Part shown: piece after piece, positions 15,137 through 22,767 of the stretch
Position numbering within the stretch: position 1 is the stretch's first letter
Layout: each line of letters begins with the position of its first letter
DNA from: Planctomycetota bacterium
GTDB taxonomy: Bacteria; Planctomycetota; UBA1135; GCA-002686595
DNA length: 24,000 bases
Assembly (NCBI GenBank): GCA_016779205.1
Contig: JADHOC010000010.1
Coordinates: 22,108 to 46,107, forward strand
Direction: 5' to 3'
The notes under the pieces: generated by a model
Databases searched by the model: none
What the model was told of the DNA's origin: nothing
The model's input: the letters and a program-made list of their open reading frames with translations, nothing else
Position numbers and translations under genes: made by a program

Positions 15137-18100
15137 ATGACGCGCTCGCTCCTCGCTCCCGTCGGCCTCGGCTCCGCCTCGCTCCTCCTCCTCGCCGCGC
15201 TGGGCGCTGCGGGCGCCCCTGCGGCCCAGGAGTCCGGGACGTTCCGCGCCGCGCTCCAGAAGGCAGAGCGTGCGGCGGCCTCCGAGCGCTGGGACGTGGC
15301 CGAGGCCTCGTGTGTCCGCGCCCTCGAGCGGGATCGGAAGAACCCCGACGCCTGGGCGCTCCGGGCGCAGGTCGCCGCCGGGTCCGGGGACGTGGACCTG
15401 CAGGTCTACTGCCTCCACCAGGAGCTCCGGTACCTGGAGGCCCAGGGGGCAAAGAAGTCCGCGCTCACGGACCGCCGCGCGACCCTGGAGGCCCTGGACC
15501 CCATCGCGGAGGAGCTCTATGACCTGCGGTCGCGCTTCTCGAAGAAGTTCACCAAGGTCGCCCAGGCCTACGAGAAGGACGACCGGCCCCACGGCGCCAT
15601 CCGCGTCTGGAAGGAGGTCCTGGCCCTGGACCCCGAGAGCGGCCCCGCCGCGGAGGCCATCGACCGGATCGCGTCCGCCCCGGACCCGAGCCTCGCCGGC
15701 GACGCCAAGCCCAAGGACCTCTTCGGGGACGTGACCGACGAGTGGATCGCCGAGTACGACGCCGAGCACCTGGAGTGGAAGGATGCGGGGCGTACGGAGC
15801 GCGAGAACTACGTCACCGTCACCGACGCCGGCTACGAGGTGCTCATCCGCACCGCGGAGGCCATGGAGCAGATGGCGGCCTTCTACAAGCAGTTCTTCCG
15901 CTACGGCACCCCCGAGGACGGACGCAGCGTCTCGCGCATTCAGGTCAACGTGTTCAAGTCGCGGGACGAGTACCTGGAGAAGGGCATCGGCCCGCCCGTG
16001 GAGTGGTCGGCCGGGCACTTCACCGGCAGCCACGTGGAGTGCTACATCGGCGACGGCGGGTTCGAGGGCATGGTCGGCACGCTCTTCCACGAGGCGGCGC
16101 ACCAGTACGTGTCCATCGCCACCAACGCGGTGGGCTGGCTGAACGAGGGGCTCGCGTCCTTCTTCGAGGGCACACGCATCCTGCCCAACGGCGCGGTGCT
16201 CATGAACGAGCCCGCGGACGGCCGCCTCTTCCCGCTCGCCGAGCGTATGGAGAAGGGCTGGATGGAGCACGCCCAGGACGGGTACGACCCCAACGACTCC
16301 AGCTCCACGCCGGAGAAGGCGCCGACCTGGGCCATCGTTTTGGAGAACAGCTACTCCTGGGGGCCGCCGTGGTACGCACCCACCTGGGGCGTGGTGTTCT
16401 TCTGCTACAACTTCCAGGACCCCGTCGACGGCCGCTTCGTCTACCGCGACGCCTTCTGGGAGTACGTGGACAAGTCCGGCGGCAAGGTCGGCAAGACCGC
16501 CATCAACACCTTCGAGGAGGTGGTGCTCGCCAACCCCAAGGCGCCCTACAAGGACCTCAAGGGGAAGAAGCTCGAGAGCCCTGAGGGCGACGACTTCGTG
16601 CTGCCCACCACGGTGGTGGAGCTCGACGCCATCTGGAAGGAGTGGATCGTCAACCTGCGGGACGAGCGCTCGGGCAAGCTCGAGCGTGCGCGGCCCTACG
16701 GGGACTGGGCCCGGCTCGCGGCGGCCAACGGCGACGCCCTCTCCGCCAAGGAGCACTTCGAGAAGGGCGTGGTGGCGAACCCCGCCGACGTGGAGCTGGC
16801 CTTCGACTTCGCCGGGCACCTCTCCGAGGCCTTCGACGAGAAGGACCGCGCCGCCAAGGTCGTGATGGATGCCCTGCGCATGCTCGAGGCGGACCCCGTC
16901 CCCGACGCCAAGCGCATCGCCCGCGGCGAGCGTCTGCTGGCGCAGCTCGACCCCAAGCGTCGCACCCTGACCCGCACCCGGGATGAGCTCGGGGAGGCCG
17001 CGCGGGCGCTGGTGCTCTCCTACGCCGAGGCCGAGCGCCCTGCCATGGTGCAGGACATCGCCTGGCGGTTCGGTTCGGAGTTCGGGCTGCTGGATCTGTT
17101 CGACGCCTACGAGGAGGCGGTCATCGCGCGCGGCAGCGACATGGCCATCTGGGACCTCGCCTACAACGAGCGCAACCTCGAGGGCTGGACCGCTGGCAAC
17201 AACGTCTTCCAGCCGGACAGCATCCGGCTCGTGGCGGACAACGGCGGCTTCGACGCGGACAACTTCGACTTCAAGATGCTGACCCTCGACCGGGTGACCG
17301 CGGGGGACTTCTCCATCCAGGCGGAGATGCTCGCGGAGGAGGGGACGGCGGCCTTCAGCGGCTTCGTGTTCGGCGCCAAGAGCTCCACGTCGTTCCACGG
17401 CGCGGTCTACTTCCCGCCACGCCAGGGCGCCGCCGGCACGGCGAGCAGCGGCTTCTTCGACGTGATGAGCAGCTACGGCGGCGGCGTCGTGAAGGCCTGG
17501 CGCCACGTCCCCGTCATCGTCGAGGAGGAGGGCGAGGGGCCGAGCACGAGCGCAGGGGACTGGAACACCGTGCGACTGGACGTGATCGGGTCGCGCATCG
17601 ACGTGTGGTGGAACGGCGGGCTGTTGACCAGCCATGACTTCCAGCTGCGCGACGCCGTGCTGGGCCGCTTCGGCCTGCTTACGGGCACCGGCGAGGCCCA
17701 GTGGCGCAACGTGCGCTACCTCGCACGCGACCCCCGGGACCCCTCGGGCCGCATCGAGCGGCGGCAGCGGCTCGAGCGCTCCGGCGCTGACCCGGACAAG
17801 CCCGTGGACGGCAGCTATCTCGGCCTCGTCCCGCCCTTCCCCGAGGTCGGCCGCTGGGCCCAGAGCCCCCGGGAGTCCTTCGGTGACGTGGGCCCCAACC
17901 CCCAGCTGCTCGTCCTGTGGAGCATCGGCCAGAACGAGCTCGTCCCCATCGACGGGTGGCTGACCGCCTTCCACCGCCGCTGGGGGCCGGAGGGCGTCGA
18001 GATCCTCTCCGTGGTCTCGCCCAACGACGACGAGCGCATCGACGAGTACCTGAAGGAGCACCCGGTCCCCGGCAGCGTCGCCGTCGACTCGCGGCCCTAC

Positions 18101-18841
18101 GGGACCACGGGCATCGGCAAGACCTTCACGGAGTACTCCGTGCGCCGGTTCAACCTCCCGCGCGTGCTGCTCCTCGACGTGGACGGTACGGTCGCCTGGG
18201 AGGGGGACCCCGGGTTCTCCTCACAGAGCAAGCCCAAGCCGCCCTTCGCCTCCTACGTGGACACGCCGATGGAGGACCTGGCCGAGCGGCGGCAGCTGAT
18301 CTCGGTCCGCCGCTGGCGCGAGGCGTGGCAGCGCAAGGGGGAGTCGGCGCTCGCGAGCGGCGACCTCGCCGGGGCCATCGAGCTCCTGCGTGAGGCTGGT
18401 GGCTTCACGGACTCGCCCTTCCTGGACGTGCAGCGGGCGACCGCGCGACTCGAGGCCATCGAGGCCGCCATCGCGGACCCCGATGAGGTGATCGACGTCA
18501 CCACGGACGCCGGGGCCACCCCCGCGCTGGCGGTGTTGATCGAGTGGGCCGAGGCCCTGGAGACGCCCTTCAGCAAGAAGCGCAAGGCGGCGGTGAACAA
18601 GGCCATCAAGGGCAAGACCGCCTCCCACTGGAGGCGAGCCGCCAAGGCCGCCGCCAAGGCGGGCAAGGGGCGCGCCCCCGAGGAGGAGCGGCTCGCCGAG
18701 CTCACCGCGACCCTGGCCGAGCTCGAGGGACCGCTGGTGCGTCAGCTCGAATCGGACGTCGAGGAGCTCGGCCTCGAGGGGGCCGCGAACGCGGAGCAGC
18801 TCCCCGCGATCTGGCTCGCGCGGAATGTCTTCGGCTTGTGA
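15137..18841 (+). CDS. Large secreted multidomain protein: N-terminal TPR-like region, DUF1570-type HExxH (gluzincin-like) peptidase module, helical linker, DUF1080-like (ConA/LamG fold) module, thioredoxin-like module lacking CxxC, helical C-terminus
   Basis: ATG 15137 gives the signal peptide MTRSLLAPVGLGSASLLLLAALGAAGAPAAQ (the listed start 15107 adds 10 non-signal residues). TLFHEAAHQY (HEAAH at 16088-16102) plus WLNEGLASFFEG 14 residues later is the DUF1570/MA-clan pattern. NLEGWTAGNNVFQPDS...DFSIQAEM...GDWNTVRLDVIGSRIDVWWNGGLL...WRNVRYL resembles DUF1080. PQLLVLWSIGQNELVP...GVEILSVVSPNDDERIDEYLKEH...LPRVLLLDVDGTVAWEG resembles a TlpA/redoxin fold. Confidence 0.85.
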   Translation: MTRSLLAPVGLGSASLLLLAALGAAGAPAAQESGTFRAALQKAERAAASERWDVAEASCVRALERDRKNPDAWALRAQVAAGSGDVDLQVYCLHQELRYLEAQGAKKSALTDRRATLEALDPIAEELYDLRSRFSKKFTKVAQAYEKDDRPHGAIRVWKEVLALDPESGPAAEAIDRIASAPDPSLAGDAKPKDLFGDVTDEWIAEYDAEHLEWKDAGRTERENYVTVTDAGYEVLIRTAEAMEQMAAFYKQFFRYGTPEDGRSVSRIQVNVFKSRDEYLEKGIGPPVEWSAGHFTGSHVECYIGDGGFEGMVGTLFHEAAHQYVSIATNAVGWLNEGLASFFEGTRILPNGAVLMNEPADGRLFPLAERMEKGWMEHAQDGYDPNDSSSTPEKAPTWAIVLENSYSWGPPWYAPTWGVVFFCYNFQDPVDGRFVYRDAFWEYVDKSGGKVGKTAINTFEEVVLANPKAPYKDLKGKKLESPEGDDFVLPTTVVELDAIWKEWIVNLRDERSGKLERARPYGDWARLAAANGDALSAKEHFEKGVVANPADVELAFDFAGHLSEAFDEKDRAAKVVMDALRMLEADPVPDAKRIARGERLLAQLDPKRRTLTRTRDELGEAARALVLSYAEAERPAMVQDIAWRFGSEFGLLDLFDAYEEAVIARGSDMAIWDLAYNERNLEGWTAGNNVFQPDSIRLVADNGGFDADNFDFKMLTLDRVTAGDFSIQAEMLAEEGTAAFSGFVFGAKSSTSFHGAVYFPPRQGAAGTASSGFFDVMSSYGGGVVKAWRHVPVIVEEEGEGPSTSAGDWNTVRLDVIGSRIDVWWNGGLLTSHDFQLRDAVLGRFGLLTGTGEAQWRNVRYLARDPRDPSGRIERRQRLERSGADPDKPVDGSYLGLVPPFPEVGRWAQSPRESFGDVGPNPQLLVLWSIGQNELVPIDGWLTAFHRRWGPEGVEILSVVSPNDDERIDEYLKEHPVPGSVAVDSRPYGTTGIGKTFTEYSVRRFNLPRVLLLDVDGTVAWEGDPGFSSQSKPKPPFASYVDTPMEDLAERRQLISVRRWREAWQRKGESALASGDLAGAIELLREAGGFTDSPFLDVQRATARLEAIEAAIADPDEVIDVTTDAGATPALAVLIEWAEALETPFSKKRKAAVNKAIKGKTASHWRRAAKAAAKAGKGRAPEEERLAELTATLAELEGPLVRQLESDVEELGLEGAANAEQLPAIWLARNVFGL

Positions 18842-18849
18842 ACTCCTTG

Positions 18850-18871
18850 GCCTGCCGGACCACCGGCAGGC
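18850..18871. terminator. Perfect 9-bp stem/4-nt loop hairpin between convergent genes (candidate bidirectional terminator)
   Basis: GCCTGCCGG-acca-CCGGCAGGC lies 8 nt after the TGA at 18839-18841 (plus-strand gene) and 3 nt before the minus-strand gene's stop at 18875-18877. It occupies nearly the whole 33-nt intergenic gap. Confidence 0.6.
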
Positions 18872-18874
18872 GTC

Positions 18875-21298
18875 TCAGTAGTCGACGACGACCGGCGGAG
18901 CGGCCTCATCGCCCTCGGCGGCCTTGCGGACCGCCACGGCCCGCGTCGTGGTGGCGCCGGACTCGGTCGTGACGACGATGTCGTACTCACCGATGGGCAG
19001 ATCGCTCCAGCGCAGGTCGGGGAAGGGCGAGCCCTCACTGCTTGACCCGCTGGACCCCGCGGTCGCGGACGTTCGATACGTCCCGGTGTCGGGCAGCCAG
19101 GCGACCTCTCCCGAGCCCACGTCCGTTCCGCCTCGGACCAGGCGGACCTGCAGCCCCTGCTTCGGGAAGGCCGCGACCAGGACCTCGCGGTTCTCCATGA
19201 GCCAGCCCTGGTCCATGGTCGCGATGGCCTGGCGGAAGCCCCCGAGGACCCGGTCGGCGTCTGCGCCGAGGCTCGCCCGGTCGAGGAAGGTGACCTGCAG
19301 GTTGCCCACCTCCGGGCGGGGGACGACGAGCGTCAGCGTCTGCCCCGCGTGGGCGCGCGGGTCGACCCCGGGTTGCTCCCATCGGGTCCCCTTGCCGAGG
19401 ACGACGGCGGTCAGCGGCATCGCGGCCACGCCCGCGATCTGGACGCCGTCGTCCGTGAGCATCACGCCGGTGCTGTGGTAACTCCCCAGATCGAGCTGGA
19501 CGGGCTCCCCTGCGGCGTCCTCGAACATGAGCGTGCCTTGGCTCCACGGCTCACCCGCCTCGTCGAGGACCTCCACGCGGAGCGCGATGGCCGGGGTCAG
19601 CCTCAACTCTCCCAGGTCGTGGACGCCCTCCTCAAACGTGCGTGGCGGCAGCATCAGGGAGGTGAAGCCCTCGGCCCTGAACTCCAGCTCCAGCTCACCC
19701 TTCTCGAGTCCCGCGACGCGGAAGCGCCCGTCCTCCGGTGCGGACCGGTGGCGGCCGGTATCGCTCGCGGTGCGCGTCCCTTCCCCGTCGTCGGACCACG
19801 GGAGGAGCTCGAATCGTTCGACGGGCTCGCCGCTGTACCCATCCAAGAGGCGCCCCTCCAGGACGACCTTGTCGAGGGCCTCGTCGCTGAGTCGGACCTC
19901 GACCTCGGACTCGTCGGCTCCCACCGCGACGGTCACCGAGCGCCTGGGCCTCTCGGGGCCCGCGACCTTCAGGGTGCACGGCCCGTCGAAGCGGTGCGGG
20001 AACTCGAAGCGCCCGTCGTCCTCGGTGGTCCGGCGGAACGCGCTGAAGAGGCTCTCCCAGGTCGGCGGAACCCCCATCATGATGTAGGACCGCTCGTACT
20101 CGCGCTCGGAGCGGAGCCAGACGCGCGCGCCGGAGACGGGTCGCCCCGCCCCGTCCACGACGCGCCCGGTCAGCGGAGCCGCCCGCTCCAGGCGCAGGAC
20201 GTTGCCCTGCCCTCCCGCGTCCAGGGCGGCGGGCTGCAGCAAGGTCACCGAGTGCCCCTCGTGGAGCGCGGCCACGAAGGTCGGGGTCGACGACGGGCCC
20301 TCCTCGTGGTCGATCCCGCTGACCGAGAAGCGGCCGGCCTCATCGGTCGTCGTGCCGGCACGGTTGACGCCGAGGTTGGAGGCGAGCGGCCCGAATCGGA
20401 CCTCGGCTCCCGCCGCCGGTCTCCCGTCGGCGTCGAGGACGAGGCCGCTCAGCACGCGGCCCGGGTCGAGGTCGATGGTGGCGGGCCCCGTGGCCGGGGA
20501 GTGGGAGAACCAACGGCCCACGTGCCCGACGGCCTCCACGCGGACCGAGACGCCGTCCCCCTGGACGCCGGCGAACTCGAAGCGTCCGTCGGCGCCGGTC
20601 ACCTGGCGTGCGGCGAGGGCGCCTGCGATCGAACGGAACGAGAGAACCCCTGGCGTGTCCGTCGCGTCCCTGGAGCTGCTGGTACCGAGGTCGTTGCCCA
20701 GCTCGAGGACCGCCCCTTCGATCGGGGCGTCCCCCGCTCCCACGACCGTCCCCACGAAGGCGTGGGCCCTGGCGAGGATCAGCTCGAGGCCCTCGCACAC
20801 GGTGCCCTCGGCGAGGTCGCCGCGTAGGCCGCTGACGCAGACCATGTCCGGGCTAAAGGCAGCGGCCACGAACTTGGGCCCGAAGCCGCTGGCGGAGAAT
20901 TCGCCGTTCGCCGCCGAGACCACGGTCATGACGGGGTCGCCAAGTGACCAGGGATTGGTCCATATACGAACCTCGGCGCCTGCGACCGTGAACCCCTGTT
21001 CGTCGACCACCCTCCCCGACAGCGTCGGCCCCGAGGTCAAGGTCGAGGTGACCTCGGCCGCCTCGTCCGGGGAGGCGGCGAGGGATGGCTCAGCGAAGGG
21101 GGCGGGCGCCTGGGCGCGGGTGTCCCCGGAGGTCACTGGCTCCAGCGCAGCCCCTCGCACCGCCGTGGGCTCCTGCAGGCTCTGCTTCCTTGGCGTCGCC
21201 TCGGACTCATGGGTGCCGGAACCGGCCATCCACCAACCGCCCAGGGCGAGGATCAGCGCGGCGGTGAGCAGGAACAGAGCGGAGGGGAGGTTCTTCAT
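18875..21298 (-). CDS. Membrane-anchored protein with multiple carboxypeptidase-regulatory-like (CarboxypepD_reg / prealbumin-fold) repeats
   Basis: ATG 21296-21298 gives MKNLPSALFLLTAALILALGGWWMA (signal anchor). The listed start 21463 adds 55 R/P-rich residues. At least five repeats are present: LSGRVVDEQGFTVAGAEVRIW, FVGTVVGAGDAPIEGAVLEL, LSGLVLDADGRPAAGAEVRF, LTGRVVDGAGRPVSGARVWL and LEGRLLDGYSGEPVERFEL. Each is followed by a D/E-G-R/E-F-x-x-x-G motif (for example TGADGRFEFAGV, TEDDGRFEFPH, PEDGRFRVAGL). Confidence 0.8.
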   Translation of the reverse strand: MKNLPSALFLLTAALILALGGWWMAGSGTHESEATPRKQSLQEPTAVRGAALEPVTSGDTRAQAPAPFAEPSLAASPDEAAEVTSTLTSGPTLSGRVVDEQGFTVAGAEVRIWTNPWSLGDPVMTVVSAANGEFSASGFGPKFVAAAFSPDMVCVSGLRGDLAEGTVCEGLELILARAHAFVGTVVGAGDAPIEGAVLELGNDLGTSSSRDATDTPGVLSFRSIAGALAARQVTGADGRFEFAGVQGDGVSVRVEAVGHVGRWFSHSPATGPATIDLDPGRVLSGLVLDADGRPAAGAEVRFGPLASNLGVNRAGTTTDEAGRFSVSGIDHEEGPSSTPTFVAALHEGHSVTLLQPAALDAGGQGNVLRLERAAPLTGRVVDGAGRPVSGARVWLRSEREYERSYIMMGVPPTWESLFSAFRRTTEDDGRFEFPHRFDGPCTLKVAGPERPRRSVTVAVGADESEVEVRLSDEALDKVVLEGRLLDGYSGEPVERFELLPWSDDGEGTRTASDTGRHRSAPEDGRFRVAGLEKGELELEFRAEGFTSLMLPPRTFEEGVHDLGELRLTPAIALRVEVLDEAGEPWSQGTLMFEDAAGEPVQLDLGSYHSTGVMLTDDGVQIAGVAAMPLTAVVLGKGTRWEQPGVDPRAHAGQTLTLVVPRPEVGNLQVTFLDRASLGADADRVLGGFRQAIATMDQGWLMENREVLVAAFPKQGLQVRLVRGGTDVGSGEVAWLPDTGTYRTSATAGSSGSSSEGSPFPDLRWSDLPIGEYDIVVTTESGATTTRAVAVRKAAEGDEAAPPVVVDY

Positions 21299-21537
21299 GG
21301 TGGCGGGATGCCGGGATCGCGGAGGGACGGGGAAGGCTGTCCCGCGCAAGGCTCCGGGCGGGACCCTATCCCGTACCCGATGAGAACCGATCTCTTCACT
21401 CCGGATTCGATCTCGTCGCCCCTGGCGGCAGCAGGAGGGCACCTGGACTGGCGAGGTCGCCACGCCCGGCTACGTTGGGGCGACGAGAGCCTCCCGTCCC
21501 AGGGCGGCCTTGTCCCTTCCCTGAGCCCCAGCCTGTC

Positions 21538-21909
21538 ATGCGAATCCTGCTCCTCTCCGCCTCGATGATCGCCGTGTCCTCCAGCGCCCTCGGGCAGACC
21601 TGCGAGCATTACTGGGAGTTCAGCTCCACGACGGACCAGGTCGGCGGCCTCGTCACCACCCAGGTGGGCTCGCCCGTGCTCGGCGTCAACGCCACCTACG
21701 GCGAGGCCTTCCCCGGCGCCGGCCCGAGCCTCAACAACCTGGTGAACGGCACCGCCGGCGGAGGCGGACACCTTGAGGCCAGCCTGTCCTCCGGGGGCCC
21801 TTGGCGATGGACTTCGGGCAGGACAGCTTCTCCTTCAGCTACTGGGCGTGGGACGACTTCGCCGGCGACGGCGACGCGCGGGGCGTCCGGGTCTTCGACA
21901 ACCTCCTGA
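21538..21909 (+). CDS. N-terminal fragment (signal peptide plus start of the LamG-like domain) of a frameshifted secreted protein
   Basis: ATG 21538 gives MRILLLSASMIAVSSSALGQ, then TCEHYWEFSSTTDQVGGLV...NLVNGTAGGGGHLEASLSSGG. After the G5 run at 21793-21797 the translation becomes R/S/T/G-rich noise, until the stop at 21907-21909. The sensible continuation lies in the frame of ORF 21801..22763. Confidence 0.5.
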   Translation: MRILLLSASMIAVSSSALGQTCEHYWEFSSTTDQVGGLVTTQVGSPVLGVNATYGEAFPGAGPSLNNLVNGTAGGGGHLEASLSSGGPWRWTSGRTASPSATGRGTTSPATATRGASGSSTTS

Positions 21910-22763
21910 ACACGGAGGAGGGCATCCAGCTCGGGACCAACCTCGCGAACGACTGGAACTTCCGGGTGGACGATGATCAGGGGGCGGTCCACATCTACAA
22001 CGTCACCTTCCAGTACCAGGCGCCTCGGGACCAGTGGTACCACGTGGTCGGAGTGGTCGAGCGCGCGTCGGGTGGTGGCGGGACCACGACCCTGTACGTG
22101 GATGGCGCCATGGTGATGGCCATCCCCTTCGTGGACACCCAGACCGGCAGCAACATGGCGGGCAACGTCGCGCCCACCCAGGACCTCCTGATCGGCGCCA
22201 TCAACGGCGGCTCCAACGCGGGGGGCGCGCAGTCCCAGGGGCTCGACGACCTGGCGTTCTACCGCGGCGCCCTCTCCGCTGCCGACGCCAGCGGCCTCGC
22301 GAGCGGCACGCTCCGTCCCCTGGACTTCGGCGGACCGGTGCAGCGCTACTGCTCGCCGGCAGTGGCCAACTCCACGGGGGCGCCTGGGACCATGGACGCC
22401 CTGGGTAGCTTCCAGGCGGCCACGAACGCCCTCACCCTCGAGGCCTCATCCCTGCCCGCGAACGCCTTCGGCTTCTTCCTCACGAGCCAGAGCCAGGGGC
22501 AGATCGCCCAGCCGGGCGGGAGCCAGGGGGTCCTGTGCCTCGGCGGCGGCATCGGCCGCTACGTGGGCCCGGGCCAGATCAAGAACTCGGGGGCCGGCGG
22601 GGTGTTCCAGCTGGCGCTCGACCTGACCCAGACGCCGACTCCGACCGGGCTGGTGACGGTGGTCGCGGGTGACACCTGGAACTTCACCGCCTGGCACCGG
22701 GACGCGGTGGGGGGCTCGGTGACCTCGAACTTCACCGACGCGGTGTCCATCACCTTCCAGTGA
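21801..22763 (+). CDS. LamG/ConA-like (Laminin_G_3-type) domain protein with a conserved roughly 140-aa C-terminal domain; C-terminal part of the frameshifted gene
   Basis: (L)AMDFGQDSFSFSYWAWDDFAGDGDARGVRVFDN...WYHVVGVVERASGGGGTTTLYVDGAMV...DLLIGAINGG...GLDDLAFYRGALSAADASGL is the classic LamG_3 pattern. This ORF has no signal peptide of its own and only a TTG (21801) or ATG (21807) start. The last 141 aa (22338-22760) are paralogous to 11660-12064. Confidence 0.75.
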   Translation: MAMDFGQDSFSFSYWAWDDFAGDGDARGVRVFDNLLNTEEGIQLGTNLANDWNFRVDDDQGAVHIYNVTFQYQAPRDQWYHVVGVVERASGGGGTTTLYVDGAMVMAIPFVDTQTGSNMAGNVAPTQDLLIGAINGGSNAGGAQSQGLDDLAFYRGALSAADASGLASGTLRPLDFGGPVQRYCSPAVANSTGAPGTMDALGSFQAATNALTLEASSLPANAFGFFLTSQSQGQIAQPGGSQGVLCLGGGIGRYVGPGQIKNSGAGGVFQLALDLTQTPTPTGLVTVVAGDTWNFTAWHRDAVGGSVTSNFTDAVSITFQ

Positions 22764-22767
22764 CCCC

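Noticed and set aside
15098-18061. 987-aa minus-strand ORF. Similar long antisense ORFs lie at 9498..10757, 12138..13124, 13290..14342, 19349..20827 and 22780..23931.
   Set aside because: Each is the mirror frame of a gene with clear family motifs (peptidase fusion, Gfo/Idh/MocA, TIM barrel, NupG-type MFS, CarboxypepD_reg repeats, sulfatase). Their translations are low-complexity R/G/P/A/E/V strings. They are treated as GC-driven artefacts.
21791-21800. Programmed -1 ribosomal frameshift at ccGGGGGccc in the LamG gene
   Set aside because: The zero-frame context TCC GGG GGC is not a canonical X-XXY-YYZ slippery heptamer. I saw no obvious downstream stimulatory structure. An indel in a homopolymer (assembly error or mutation) is the simpler explanation.
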